A stretch of DNA of 64,000 nucleotides from Bacilli bacterium (GTDB lineage Bacteria > Bacillota_I > Bacilli_A > RFN20 > CAG-826). This document shows, in pieces, positions 1-10,530 of the stretch. The position numbers and the translations under genes were made by a program. The notes under the pieces were generated by a model that ran no database searches, was not told where the DNA came from, and was given only the letters and a program-made list of their open reading frames with translations. The stretch is from assembly GCA_040396875.1 (NCBI GenBank), contig JBBAWZ010000001.1, positions 174,198-238,197 of the forward strand. Direction: 5' to 3'. Numbering within the stretch: position 1 is the stretch's first letter; each line of letters begins with the position of its first letter.

Positions 1-1914
1 TTTTTCAACAATCCATTGATATCGAGAGGGTTCAATATTGAGTAGATTTAACAAACCTTCGATGTAACCTTTAACGTCATAAAAAGTGTACGGCATTGGC
101 GATAATGCGGAACGAGCACTTCGTTCACCAAAGACCACCAAACCTAATTGTAATGTTTGACCTTGGCGATGGGCAATTTGTGAAATTTCAAAGATTTTTC
201 CGGTTGCCACTTGTCTTGCCATATTGTATTGAACCACTTGAATCAGAGAACTGATCACATCGGTACGCACGTGTTTACGTTCTTCAGAAAGTGGATTTTT
301 GAGCATCAATGGATCGAGTGGTTGAAGCAAGTTAAATTGGTGAAGCCATTTGGATTCAACCAAAGTATAGTTCAGCGTTTCATCAATTCCTTGACTGGAC
401 AAGTAACGCTTCATGGATCGCACCTTGTCTTGTTTTTCATTTAATCCGCCAGCTTGAATATGTAATGGCATCGGATTGGTTTGAATACGATCAAATCCAA
501 CTAATCTAATCAATTCTTCTGCCAAATCTGCAACGCCTTGAATGTCTTGACGATGACGAGGGATGCTAGCAAGATAGCCTGTTCCTTCTTTGGAAGACGT
601 AATGTGAAATTGTTGAAGGGCTTGCATGATTTCTGTATCGGTAAAATTAGTATTCAATAATTGATTGATATCCTTGGCATGCCAGAGAATCTTCGCTTGT
701 AATGGTTTTAAACGATTCTTTGAAACCGTTTGATAAATCTTTTTAACTTGGGTTAAGGATTGGATTAGAGCGGTTGTGAATTGTAAAACTTTATCAAATT
801 GTGATAAATCAATGCCTTTTGCAAAACGAGTCGCAGCATCGGAAGGAAGATTTAATCGTAGTGAGGTTTTGCGGATACTAGCAGGATCAAAAGCTGCCGC
901 TTCAATGGCAATGTCAGTTGTTGAGGCGTCGACTGCGCAAACCTTTGCACCCATCACACCTGCTAAACACATGATTTGATGACCACTTTTAATCACAATA
1001 TCGCCTGGTTTTAATTCATAAGTCTTATCATCTAAAGCAACAAATCTTTCAGAAACATTGTCGGATAATGTTAATGAATGTGAAGGTAACTTCTTAAGAT
1101 CATACAAATGTAAAGGTTGACCGGTTAAGAGCATCACGTAATTACCAATATCAACAAGAAAAGAAATCGGGCGAATGCCGCTTCCCATTAAATATTGCTT
1201 CATCCAGTTTGGCGTGACAGTTTGCTTTACACCCTCTAATACTCGGATTGAAAATTGTGAAACTTGATTCGTTAGAATGTCCAATTGAAATGATGAGGAT
1301 AATAAACCAATTTCTGCTTTGACATTCTCTTTTTTAAGTGGGCGATTGAGCAAGGCAGATACTTCATAAGCAATGCCTTCTAAGGACCATAAGTCCGGGC
1401 GATTCGCAAGTAATTTCAAATCGATAATCGTATCGTTTAAGCCTAAATGATCAAGGATAAGATCATCACCAATCTTGGTGCTTGCATCAAGAACTTCAAT
1501 ACCTTCAATTTGATCTGGTCTTAAAAATTTATGATCCACACCTAATTCAAGTAAAGAACAAACCATGCCTTCGGAAGCGACACCTTTTATGGTTGAGGCT
1601 TGTATTGTGATTTTTGGTAAAACTGCACCCGGTAAAGCCACCAATACATATTGACCTTCTCGAATATTACTAGCGCCACAGACAATGGTTCTGACACCAT
1701 GATGTCCTGTGTCTATCATCACTTTTGATAAATGATCACTGCCTTCAATCATCGATCTAGATTTCACCAAACCCGTGGTAATGCCGGTGGCTTGGACAAG
1801 TCTTGAAACAGATTCAACTTCAATACCTGCTTGGTTTAATGCGTTGGCAAGTTGTTGAGGAGAAAGATTGTTTAAATCAACAAGTGTCGTCAACCATTGA
1901 TAAGAAAATTTCAT
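1..1914 (-). CDS. pheT: phenylalanine--tRNA ligase beta subunit (N-terminal ~638 codons; C-terminus runs off the left window edge)
   Basis: My reverse-strand translation from ATG at 1914 gives MKFSYQWLTTLVDLNNLSPQQLANALNQAGIEVESV...CGASNIREGQYVLVALPGAVLPKITIQASTIKGVASEGMV, a typical PheT N-terminus with tRNA-binding domain. It lies 14 nt downstream of pheS. It is absent from the ORF track because the frame is open at the edge. Confidence 0.9.
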   Translation of the reverse strand, partial: MKFSYQWLTTLVDLNNLSPQQLANALNQAGIEVESVSRLVQATGITTGLVKSRSMIEGSDHLSKVMIDTGHHGVRTIVCGASNIREGQYVLVALPGAVLPKITIQASTIKGVASEGMVCSLLELGVDHKFLRPDQIEGIEVLDASTKIGDDLILDHLGLNDTIIDLKLLANRPDLWSLEGIAYEVSALLNRPLKKENVKAEIGLLSSSFQLDILTNQVSQFSIRVLEGVKQTVTPNWMKQYLMGSGIRPISFLVDIGNYVMLLTGQPLHLYDLKKLPSHSLTLSDNVSERFVALDDKTYELKPGDIVIKSGHQIMCLAGVMGAKVCAVDASTTDIAIEAAAFDPASIRKTSLRLNLPSDAATRFAKGIDLSQFDKVLQFTTALIQSLTQVKKIYQTVSKNRLKPLQAKILWHAKDINQLLNTNFTDTEIMQALQQFHITSSKEGTGYLASIPRHRQDIQGVADLAEELIRLVGFDRIQTNPMPLHIQAGGLNEKQDKVRSMKRYLSSQGIDETLNYTLVESKWLHQFNLLQPLDPLMLKNPLSEERKHVRTDVISSLIQVVQYNMARQVATGKIFEISQIAHRQGQTLQLGLVVFGERSARSALSPMPYTFYDVKGYIEGLLNLLNIEPSRYQWIVEK

Positions 1915-1928
1915 GATGCTTGTCCTCC

Positions 1929-2960
1929 TTACTTTCGGTTAAATTGTTGAATAAAACGTAAATCGTTTTGGTAAAAACGGCGAATATCATCAATACCATA
2001 GCGAAGCATTGCAACACGTTCAATACCGATACCAAAAGCAAAGCCAGTCATCTTTTTGGCATCGTATCCATTCATCGATAACACTTTGGGGTGAACCATG
2101 CCACCACCTAAAATTTCAATCCAACCTGAGTGCTTACAAAGGTTGCAACCCTTACCACCACATTCAAAACAGCTCACGTCGATTTCGACACTTGGTTCAG
2201 TGAATGGAAAAAAACTTGGTCTTAAGCGAATTTCTCTTTTTTCACCAAACATTTTTTTGGCAAATGCTTGTAAGGTTTGTTTGAGATGTCCTAGGTTAAT
2301 GCCTTCGGCAACCACGAGTCCTTCGACTTGACCAAATTGATGGGAGTGTGTGGCATCATCTTCATCACGGCGATAGACTTTTCCAGGGCAAATGACTTGA
2401 ATTGGTTTACCAAGCGAAGCTTGCATCACTCTTGCTTGAACAGGCGAAGTATGCGTTCTTAACAAGGTATTTTCATCAAAATATAAAGAATCTTGCATCT
2501 CTCTAGCAGGGTGATCTTTAGGGATATTCAATAACTCAAAATTATAATGATCCGATTCAACTTCTGGGCCCTCAGCCACTTGATATCCCATACTTACAAA
2601 AATATCGGTGATCGTTTGTTCAATCAGATAAAAAGGATTAACCGAACCTTGATATGCCTCTGTAGCAGGTTGACTAATATCGATGACTTCTTCTTTCAAC
2701 TTGGCCTGCATCACCAAGGTTTCTAAAGCTTTTTGTTTGGTTTCTAAGGCTAACGTTAATTGATCACGGGCAGTATTAATCCATTGACCGACTTGTTTTT
2801 TCTTCTCAGCATCTAAATCTTTGAGCTGAGAAAAAATTCCCATCAATTCAGATTTTTTAGCAAGATATTGATTTTTTACTTCTTGTAATTGATTTAAATC
2901 TTGGGCAAGTTCAATTGCCTTTAAACCTTTTTCGAGAATAGATTGAATGTTGTCGATCAT
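1929..2960 (-). CDS. pheS: phenylalanine--tRNA ligase alpha subunit
   Basis: 343 aa with class II motifs (LRTHTSPVQ, FRPSFFPFTEPSVE, GFAFGIGIERVAMLRYGI). It forms a pheS-pheT pair preceded by a T-box leader. Confidence 0.95.
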   Translation of the reverse strand: MIDNIQSILEKGLKAIELAQDLNQLQEVKNQYLAKKSELMGIFSQLKDLDAEKKKQVGQWINTARDQLTLALETKQKALETLVMQAKLKEEVIDISQPATEAYQGSVNPFYLIEQTITDIFVSMGYQVAEGPEVESDHYNFELLNIPKDHPAREMQDSLYFDENTLLRTHTSPVQARVMQASLGKPIQVICPGKVYRRDEDDATHSHQFGQVEGLVVAEGINLGHLKQTLQAFAKKMFGEKREIRLRPSFFPFTEPSVEIDVSCFECGGKGCNLCKHSGWIEILGGGMVHPKVLSMNGYDAKKMTGFAFGIGIERVAMLRYGIDDIRRFYQNDLRFIQQFNRK

Positions 2961-3165
2961 GCATTGATCCTCCTAAATAAAAAAAGTCACCCGTAAGGAA
3001 CGACCGAAGCCGTGGTACCATCCTTGTTCGTATGACCGCACTTAATTCCATGTTAACGCCATCAACGGTTAAGTTTTGTTTGAAAGAGAATTTCAAGTCG
3101 TTTGAGTGGTTTCACTCTTCACTCATCCCTAAACGCGACTCTACTGAACTTTCCTTAACAAAATT
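2961..3165 (-). promoter_or_regulatory. T-box leader (Phe) with terminator/antiterminator, upstream of pheS
   Basis: The minus strand reads ...AACAAGGATGGTACCACGGCTTCGGTCGTTCCTTACGGGTGACTTTTTTTATTTAGGAGG. This is a T-box consensus-like GGTGGTACC element followed by a hairpin, a U-run and the SD. Stem I-like AGTAGAG/AGTGAA elements are present. The candidate specifier is UUC followed by A (CTCTTTCAAAC). An extended -10, TGATATACT, lies at 3174-3166. Confidence 0.8.
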
Positions 3166-3171
3166 AGTATA

Positions 3172-3921
3172 TCACGCAGCTGGTTTATATTGTGCACAAC
3201 GATAGGCAATGATGGCAAACGCAACTGCAACATTTAAAGAATCTATCTGTTTCATTGGAATGGTGACTTCACCATTTCCAAGGGCGGTAATGGTAGGACT
3301 CACGCCATGGGATTCATTGCCAACCACGATGATATTTTTTTCTTTAAAGCGATATTGGTCCAATGGAATCGCCTTTGATGATAAATTCGTAACAACAACA
3401 TGATATCCATCTTGTTGATATTGCTTGATGAGTTTTCCATCTGCATCATCTTCGAGTAATTGCAAACCAAACATTGCGCCTTGTGAAGATGCAATCACTT
3501 TGGGATGATATCGATTTGCGGTTTTAGGCGAGAAAATAACTGTAGATATGCCTAGACCTAAACTGGTTCTAAGGATAGTACCCACATTTCCTGGATCATT
3601 AATTTGATCTAAATACACCATGGTATTTCCAAGGGGTAGTTTAGATTTAACTTTTCGACAGAGACCAATGATGCCTTGAGGCGTTTTTTGATTGGAAAGA
3701 GCATTTAATACATGCGCTTCACAGATAAAGACTTTGACCTCAGAAGGAAATGGACGATCTGAAAGAAGATAAACAGATTCCAAGACGCCAGCTTTTAAGG
3801 CATGGTCTACGAGGTGTTGGCCTTCCACTAAAAAATGAGTGGGTTCAAAAGGACCATCTTGATCTTTTAAGAGTCTTAGTTTTTTAATGTGAGCATCTTG
3901 TAAACTTTTGAATGTATTCAT
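3172..3921 (-). CDS. TrmH/SpoU-family RNA 2'-O-methyltransferase (B. subtilis YsgA-like)
   Basis: 249 aa with SpoU-type C-terminal motifs (GNVGTILRT, VVGNESHGVS, LNVAVAFAI). Its position upstream of pheST matches ysgA in Bacillus. Confidence 0.85.
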   Translation of the reverse strand: MNTFKSLQDAHIKKLRLLKDQDGPFEPTHFLVEGQHLVDHALKAGVLESVYLLSDRPFPSEVKVFICEAHVLNALSNQKTPQGIIGLCRKVKSKLPLGNTMVYLDQINDPGNVGTILRTSLGLGISTVIFSPKTANRYHPKVIASSQGAMFGLQLLEDDADGKLIKQYQQDGYHVVVTNLSSKAIPLDQYRFKEKNIIVVGNESHGVSPTITALGNGEVTIPMKQIDSLNVAVAFAIIAYRCAQYKPAA

Positions 3922-4547
3922 TTGTATTGACCTTTTAAAATTTTAGCATGTTCTACCTGATATGGAGGATAGGCTTGATGAAGTGCATTATAAAAACTCT
4001 TAGAATGATCAAAGTGAATATCATGCATGAGTTCATGAACAATCACAGCGTCAATAATCGGCCATGCAAAATGAATCAATTTCATCGCGAAAGTTAGGGT
4101 TTTTGTTCTTCTTGAATTAGAACCAAGCCGTGTATGCATCAACCGAACGCGAATGCGATAAGGGGTTTTAATCCTTAAGCTTTTTTGCCAATGCTTCACG
4201 CGCCGTTCAAGGTCTTCGGTAAAGGTTGATTTTAAAGCATCAATATAAGGCGATGCAGTCAATGTTACATCGATTCGTTTAGTTTTGAAAAAATCTGACA
4301 AATCAAGATATCGATGCCATTCACCATAAACATACATCCCTTGCTCATTAAATGGTTTGGGAATCTTATTTACTTTTTCTAATAATTTTTTTCCATGGAG
4401 CATCACTTGCTTTTCAATAAAGTCTTCACCCGTTCTTTTTGGAACAGAAACATGAAAAGATTGATCTTTAAAACGAATAATCATCCTTTTTTTTGCACGA
4501 TAAAAAATCGTTACAGGATAGACAACGTCTTGGATTACAACCGTCAT
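3918..4547 (-). CDS. YgjP-like (DUF45/M48-type) zinc metallohydrolase
   Basis: 209 aa with a C-terminal HELMHDIHFDHS (HExxH) motif preceded by LGSNSRRTKTLTF, as in the YgjP family. ATGA overlap with the next gene. Confidence 0.75.
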   Translation of the reverse strand: MTVVIQDVVYPVTIFYRAKKRMIIRFKDQSFHVSVPKRTGEDFIEKQVMLHGKKLLEKVNKIPKPFNEQGMYVYGEWHRYLDLSDFFKTKRIDVTLTASPYIDALKSTFTEDLERRVKHWQKSLRIKTPYRIRVRLMHTRLGSNSRRTKTLTFAMKLIHFAWPIIDAVIVHELMHDIHFDHSKSFYNALHQAYPPYQVEHAKILKGQYK

Positions 4548-4549
4548 AG

Positions 4550-5644
4550 TTAAGCTTTAAATTTTGAGGCGTGTAACATCGCTAAAGTCTTTGCATTAAA
4601 TTGTATGAGGTATTTTTCAAGCAATTGCGTCGTCATTTCAACATCCTTTAGATGGACCATTGAAGTGTGAGAGTGGTAGTATCGGCAAGGAATCGATAAG
4701 GTCATGGCAACAACACCTGAAAATGCTTTGTGCATTTCACCAGCATCGGTACCACCAACAGGCATCACATCATAGGTGAATGGAATTTGATTTTCTTTTG
4801 CTACTTTTTCAACATCCGCGACTAAACCATGGTGAGCAATCACACTCGCGTCTAAGATGGATAAAGCCACACCTTGACCTAAGCGTGTATCCATTTTTGG
4901 ACTCCCTGGTAAATCATGAGAAAGCGTAACATCAATTGCAAAACCCAAGTCTGGTTTTGCTTTGTAAGTGGAGGTTTTGGCTCCTCTTAAACCGACTTCT
5001 TCTTGAACGGTAAAGGTAGCAATGATCGTTGCTTCAGTTTCAACATTTTTTAAGCGTTTCATTAACTCAATTAACACACCGCAACTGACTCGATCATCCC
5101 AGGCCTTGCCCATGACGATATCGGAATCATTCATGATCATCGCTTCGGTTTTAGGATTAATCATATCGCCGATGCGAATACCAATTGCTTCGACTTCTTT
5201 TTTTGAATTCAATCCTAAATCAAGATACATATCTTTAATTTCTAGAACTCGGTTTCTCACTTCTGCACTCATACCATGGGGTGGTTTTGCTCCAACTACA
5301 CCGTGGTAAACTTTACCCTCACGTGTTGTTAAAACCATCACTTGGGCAAGAAGGACATGGCCCCACCAGCCACCAACTGGCGTAAAACGAATCATACCCG
5401 AATCTTCAATTTGGGAAACCAAAAAACCAACTTCATCCATGTGTGCTGCAAGCATCACTGTCAAATTGGGATTTTTACCTTTTTTAATGGCAAGTAAAGA
5501 TCCTAATCCATCGTATTGAATGTCATCGACAAAAGGTTTGATTTGCTTTTCGATAAAATGGGCAACTTGATGTTCAAAACCAGAGATACCATTCAGCTCA
5601 GATAAGGATTTCAGTAAAGGCCACCAAGTTTTTTTCATGATCAT
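4550..5644 (-). CDS. M42-family aminopeptidase/endoglucanase-like peptidase (paralogue 1)
   Basis: 364 aa with AHMDEVGF, VQEEVGLRGA and GGTDAG motifs. It is a paralogue of 36139-37227. Confidence 0.85.
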   Translation of the reverse strand: MIMKKTWWPLLKSLSELNGISGFEHQVAHFIEKQIKPFVDDIQYDGLGSLLAIKKGKNPNLTVMLAAHMDEVGFLVSQIEDSGMIRFTPVGGWWGHVLLAQVMVLTTREGKVYHGVVGAKPPHGMSAEVRNRVLEIKDMYLDLGLNSKKEVEAIGIRIGDMINPKTEAMIMNDSDIVMGKAWDDRVSCGVLIELMKRLKNVETEATIIATFTVQEEVGLRGAKTSTYKAKPDLGFAIDVTLSHDLPGSPKMDTRLGQGVALSILDASVIAHHGLVADVEKVAKENQIPFTYDVMPVGGTDAGEMHKAFSGVVAMTLSIPCRYYHSHTSMVHLKDVEMTTQLLEKYLIQFNAKTLAMLHASKFKA

Positions 5645-5650
5645 GCTCCT

Positions 5651-6142
5651 TTAGTATGCATTTTGTTGTCTAGTATAGTTTACTCCAAGTTTTTTAAAAT
5701 ATGCTTCAACAACATCTTCCGATGTAAAACCTAATAACGGCATGAGATTTAAATAAGCTTGAAATGCATGTTCTAAATGTTTGACATGCCAATGTTTTGA
5801 TAATTCAGAAATATGTTGGAAAACAAGAATGGTTGCTTGGGTAAGTGAAATGGTAAGAGGTTGAATTTCATAGGTCATTTTTTGCGATTGAACTTCAATC
5901 CCTAATGATAATAAAAAGTGCAATCCATCAGCATATTCATCAAGAATAATTGGTTTTTCTGCACTTGGTTTTTTGGACCAAAACTTAAAGGTTTTGGTTT
6001 CATTAATCATTTCACCAACCTCTACAAGCAAGGCAAGGATGCGTTTGTCTCGAGTGTTTGTATAGGTTACTTGGTGTTGGGATTGAATATGGGCATCTAA
6101 TTTCGCTTGTTCGTTTACCAAGGGTTTAAGTTGTATGTTCAT
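5651..6142 (-). CDS. dimeric dUTPase-like (dUTPase_2 family) protein
   Basis: ALLVEVGEMINETKTFKFW...DEYADGLHFLLSLG resembles all-alpha dimeric dUTPases. I prefer the ATG at 6142 (ATGA overlap with the glgP stop) over the track start at 6163. Confidence 0.6.
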   Translation of the reverse strand: MNIQLKPLVNEQAKLDAHIQSQHQVTYTNTRDKRILALLVEVGEMINETKTFKFWSKKPSAEKPIILDEYADGLHFLLSLGIEVQSQKMTYEIQPLTISLTQATILVFQHISELSKHWHVKHLEHAFQAYLNLMPLLGFTSEDVVEAYFKKLGVNYTRQQNAY

Positions 6143-8544
6143 ATAATCTTTTTTAATCTCCAAATATCATCGACGTATTGTTGAATGGTTCGATCGGTTG
6201 AGAAAAACCCAGATCGAGCAATATTGATAATTGCCATTTTTTGCCATATTTTGGGTTGTTGATAAAGTTTAGAGATTGTTTCTTGAGCCGCAGCATAGGC
6301 ATCAAAATCTTTTAAGACAAAATATTCATCATTGCGATGCATGATTTCATCAAAGATTGGGCGGAAAGTTTCCAAGTTACCTTCAGACCAAGTACCATCA
6401 ATTAAAGAATCGATGATAGCCTTAAGATGAGGATAATTCGCATACATGTCCCAAGCTCGATACGTTCGATTTTGGTATAAGGCATTCACTTCATCTACTT
6501 TCATCCCAAAAATAACACAGTTTTCTTTGCCAACTAAATCAGCAATTTCAACATTGGCTCCATCTAACGTGCCTAGGGTAATAGCACCATTCATCATAAA
6601 TTTCATATTGCCAGTGCCTGACGCTTCTTTACCCGCAGTAGAGATTTGTTCTGAAATATCAGATGCAGGTATCATCTTTTCAGAAATTGACACACCATAA
6701 TTCTCTATAAAGATAACTTTTAAATAGGAATTAATCTCTGGATCTTGGTTAATAACTTTGGCAACAGAAAGAATCAATTCAATAATTTTTTTGGCGTAAA
6801 AATAACTCGGAGCAGCCTTTGCGCCAAATAAAAATGTTCTAGGTGCAATTCGATAGGACTTATCTTTTTTCATTCGTTGATAAAGATACATAATATGGAA
6901 AACATTCATTAATTGACGCTTATATGCATGAAGGCGTTTGATTTGGACATCAAAAATGGTTTGAACATTCAAGTCCAAGTTTTGATAGGTCTTTAGGAAT
7001 GCAGCAAGCTTCTTTTTATTATCTAGCTTAATATTTGCAAATTCGGTTTGAAGGTTGGCATCATCTTGGAATGCTAATAACTTTTCTAAATGCTGTGGTT
7101 TTGTTTTCCAACTTTCACCGATACGTTTGGTAATGGCGGTAGCCAAAGCAGGGTTACTGTACATCATCCAGCGACGATGGGTAATCCCATTCGTCTTATT
7201 GTTAAATCTTTCCGGATATAGTTGGAAGAAATCTTTAAATGTATCCGCTTTTAAAATATCAGTATGTAGTGCAGCTACACCATTGGTAGAAAAGGTTGAA
7301 TAAATCGCAAGATTGGCCATATAGATCATGCCATCTTTGATGATTGCCATATTCCGTCTAGCGTCATCTGTGAGGTGTTTTTGTGAAAATTCTAACTGAC
7401 TGCGACGATGAATTTCTTCAACAATCATAAAAATTCTTGGAAGTAATGGTTGCATATAATGAACAGGCCATTTTTCTAATGCTTCCGCCATCACCGTGTG
7501 ATTTGTATAAGCCATACATTTTGTCAATTGCTTCCATGCCGCATCCCAAGGTTGATTATATTCATCCATCATAATGCGCATGAATTCAGGAATGGCTAAA
7601 ATCGGATGCGTATCATTCAATTGAAATACAAAATAATCAGAGACGTCATCCACACGTTTAAATCGACGATAATGAGAGGCAATCACAGATTGTAACCCTG
7701 CCGAGACTAAGAAATAATGTTGTCTTAATCTTAAAATTTTTCCTTGTTCGGTAGAATCATCTGGATATAAGCCATGGGTAATTTCCTTGACGGTTTGCAG
7801 ATATTCTTTAAAACTTTGATTGCTAGGAATATTTTCTTCGGTTGGTTCTGCAGACCATAATCGAAGATTATTGGTGACATTATTACGGTAACCGACAACT
7901 GCCATGTCATAAGGTACAGCCCTAACATTCAATGCATTGACCGTACGAATGGCATATCCGCCATCAGGTCTTAAGTAGGTTTCTGCTTGGCCATAGAATT
8001 TGACGTCAACGGAATGTTTTAAGTTTTTTACTTCCCAAATATTTCCATTTTTTAACCAAATATCAGGAACTTCTATTTGTTTTCCATTCACAATTTTTTG
8101 TTTAAAAAAACCATAATCATAGCGAATCGTGTTGCCATGACCGGCATATCCTAATGAGGCGATGGAATCTAAAAAACAAGCAGCAAGTCGACCTAAACCA
8201 CCATTCCCTAAACCAGCATCCATTTCCATATCGATTAATTCTTGTAAGGAAAGTTTGAGATCTTTTAAACCACCTTCAACGATGTCGTAAATCCCTAAAT
8301 TTTGTAAATTGCTGAGCATTAATTTTCCGATGAGGAATTCCATGGAAAAGTAGATCAGTTGTCGGGGGTGCTTTTTATTATCGATTGTTCTTAAGTTTTT
8401 TAAATTTTCACCGGCGTAATCTCTGATCATATGACCAATAATTTCATATCTTTCGGTGATATGACTATCTTGAACGTTTCGACCAAACTTTGATTCTAAA
8501 CGCTCGAGAAAAATCTGTTTAAATTGTTCCTTGGTTTTAAACAT
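6139..8544 (-). CDS. glgP: glycogen/alpha-glucan phosphorylase
   Basis: 801 aa with the PLP-site motif EASGTGNMKFMMNGAITLGTLDGANVE. Length and N-terminal motifs are typical of GT35. Confidence 0.95.
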   Translation of the reverse strand: MFKTKEQFKQIFLERLESKFGRNVQDSHITERYEIIGHMIRDYAGENLKNLRTIDNKKHPRQLIYFSMEFLIGKLMLSNLQNLGIYDIVEGGLKDLKLSLQELIDMEMDAGLGNGGLGRLAACFLDSIASLGYAGHGNTIRYDYGFFKQKIVNGKQIEVPDIWLKNGNIWEVKNLKHSVDVKFYGQAETYLRPDGGYAIRTVNALNVRAVPYDMAVVGYRNNVTNNLRLWSAEPTEENIPSNQSFKEYLQTVKEITHGLYPDDSTEQGKILRLRQHYFLVSAGLQSVIASHYRRFKRVDDVSDYFVFQLNDTHPILAIPEFMRIMMDEYNQPWDAAWKQLTKCMAYTNHTVMAEALEKWPVHYMQPLLPRIFMIVEEIHRRSQLEFSQKHLTDDARRNMAIIKDGMIYMANLAIYSTFSTNGVAALHTDILKADTFKDFFQLYPERFNNKTNGITHRRWMMYSNPALATAITKRIGESWKTKPQHLEKLLAFQDDANLQTEFANIKLDNKKKLAAFLKTYQNLDLNVQTIFDVQIKRLHAYKRQLMNVFHIMYLYQRMKKDKSYRIAPRTFLFGAKAAPSYFYAKKIIELILSVAKVINQDPEINSYLKVIFIENYGVSISEKMIPASDISEQISTAGKEASGTGNMKFMMNGAITLGTLDGANVEIADLVGKENCVIFGMKVDEVNALYQNRTYRAWDMYANYPHLKAIIDSLIDGTWSEGNLETFRPIFDEIMHRNDEYFVLKDFDAYAAAQETISKLYQQPKIWQKMAIINIARSGFFSTDRTIQQYVDDIWRLKKII

Positions 8545-8561
8545 AATATTGAAGACTCCTT

Positions 8562-10427
8562 TTATTTGGCGATTGGATCGCTAATTTTTTTTAAAACGAT
8601 AGCAGCATATGAACCGATCGTAAGGGTTAATGTAGCAGGTCTTCCTTCTGGGCCTTGAACAGCTTTAGTCGTTAAGGGACTGCGATTAATTCGATGCCAT
8701 CCACTATAGATTTCGTTATCTGTGTTCAAGACTTCTTGGTAGGTTCCTGAATCAAAGACACCAATATCATAATTATTATAGTAATTACCTTTCATGTTAA
8801 AAACAATGATAATTGAAGAATTATTAAGTTTTCTTTCAAATGCATAAACATTATCATTGCGATTATCGACCATTAACCAGCGAAAGTGGACAGGATTATG
8901 CTCTTCAAAGTGCAAAGTGGGTTCTAGGCGATACAAGGCGTTTAGATCTTTGATTAATTGACGAATAGAGTCGTGTTTGGGGTATTGTGTAAAAAACCAA
9001 GGCAAGGATTTTTTTTCACTCCATTCATCAAAGGAAGCAAATTCATTACCCATAAACGTAAGTTTTTTGCCAGGATGCATCCATTGATACGTGTATAAAT
9101 TTCTCAATAATGCAAACTTCTCATCGTAACTTCCCCACATTTTGTTGATAATGGTTCCTTTACCATGGACAACTTCATCATGGGATAATGGCAACATAAA
9201 ATTATCTGAATAAAAATAATGCATCGAAAAGGTCAATTTATGATGATCATAATATTTATAAACGAAGTCGACACCATAATATTTTAAGGTGTCATTCATC
9301 CACCCCATGTCCCACTTGTAATCAAAACCTAATCCACCATGTTCAACGGGTTTAGTGACCCCGCTATAGGCCGTTGAGTCCTCGGCAATCGACATCACAC
9401 TGGGATGGTACTGATGAATAAAAAAGTTTAAATCTCGAATAAAAGCAATCCCGCCGCTATTTTCTCCTTGCTGTGGGTTGCCATCCCAGTAGACAATATT
9501 ACTCACTGCATCGATACGAATCCCATCAAGATGGAACATCGTTAAAAAATAATTAATGCTGCTAAATAACAAGCTTCTAACGACAGGTTTACCTAAATCA
9601 AATTGAGGCGAACCCCATTGGGAGTAAGTCCTGCGCGGGTCAAAGTATTCATACAATTTACTACCATCGAATTCATGAAGTCCAAATCCGTCACTAGCAA
9701 AATGGACAATGACAAAATCAAGAATGACGCCAATGTTTTGTTGATGACAAAGATCGACAAATTTCATTAAACCTTTTAATGATCCATAACGAGAATCAAC
9801 AGAATGAAAGCCTGTGGTTTGGTATCCCCATGATCCATCAAATGGATGTTGGGTTAATGGCATAATTTCGATGTGCGTAAAACCATGACTTTTAACATAG
9901 GGAATGAGTTGATCAGCCATCTCTTCATAACTAAAAAACTCTTTGTTATCAGGCTTCTTCCAACTTCCTAAATGCACTTCATAAATGGCCATGGGCCGAT
10001 CAAAATTACGATTCCTTTGCTTTAGATAAATTTCATCATTCCAAGCATTACCAGAATAGTCCGTGATCACACTCGCTGTTAAAGGCCTTACTTCTGATTC
10101 AAAGGCATATGGATCTGCTTTTTGGACATGAATGCCATAAACATTTTTAAACTTAAACTTATACTTATCACCTATCTTAGCATTGGATAGGAAGGCTTCG
10201 TAAATACCCCAATCATGAATTTTGACCATTGGGTTGGTGGTTTCATTCCATTGATTGAAGTCACCAACAACAAAAACTTCACTGGCATTAGGGGCATATA
10301 AACGAAAGACAAACCCGTTAACTTTGGAACCATTCACTAACCTCGTATCAGGGTGAACTCCAAAATATTGGTAAGCTTCAAAAGATCCGAAGTTAAAAAA
10401 ATGGTCAATTAATTCTTTTGCCTTCAT
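8562..10427 (-). CDS. glgB: 1,4-alpha-glucan branching enzyme
   Basis: GH13 motifs are present: DFVIVHFA, GIRIDAV, IAEDST, LPLSHDEVVHGKG. The ORF is open to 10544, which would overlap the divergent ackA start. I prefer the ATG at 10427 (MKAKELIDHFF...YQYFGVHP), so the start is uncertain. Confidence 0.9.
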   Translation of the reverse strand: MKAKELIDHFFNFGSFEAYQYFGVHPDTRLVNGSKVNGFVFRLYAPNASEVFVVGDFNQWNETTNPMVKIHDWGIYEAFLSNAKIGDKYKFKFKNVYGIHVQKADPYAFESEVRPLTASVITDYSGNAWNDEIYLKQRNRNFDRPMAIYEVHLGSWKKPDNKEFFSYEEMADQLIPYVKSHGFTHIEIMPLTQHPFDGSWGYQTTGFHSVDSRYGSLKGLMKFVDLCHQQNIGVILDFVIVHFASDGFGLHEFDGSKLYEYFDPRRTYSQWGSPQFDLGKPVVRSLLFSSINYFLTMFHLDGIRIDAVSNIVYWDGNPQQGENSGGIAFIRDLNFFIHQYHPSVMSIAEDSTAYSGVTKPVEHGGLGFDYKWDMGWMNDTLKYYGVDFVYKYYDHHKLTFSMHYFYSDNFMLPLSHDEVVHGKGTIINKMWGSYDEKFALLRNLYTYQWMHPGKKLTFMGNEFASFDEWSEKKSLPWFFTQYPKHDSIRQLIKDLNALYRLEPTLHFEEHNPVHFRWLMVDNRNDNVYAFERKLNNSSIIIVFNMKGNYYNNYDIGVFDSGTYQEVLNTDNEIYSGWHRINRSPLTTKAVQGPEGRPATLTLTIGSYAAIVLKKISDPIAK

Positions 10428-10434
10428 TACATTA

Positions 10435-10440
10435 ATTATA
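10435..10440 (-). promoter_or_regulatory. candidate -10 box (TATAAT) 7 nt upstream of the preferred glgB ATG (leaderless-type geometry)
   Basis: The minus strand reads CAGTATAATTAATGTAATGAAG. There is no SD between the -10 box and the ATG, and the -35 is weak. Confidence 0.35.
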
Positions 10441-10530
10441 CTGCTTTTCAACTTTTTAAATAAATCAATAAATGTGTTTCCATCTTGATAGAATTTTCGG
10501 TATAATTCCTTAGGAAAGAAGCAAGATTTC

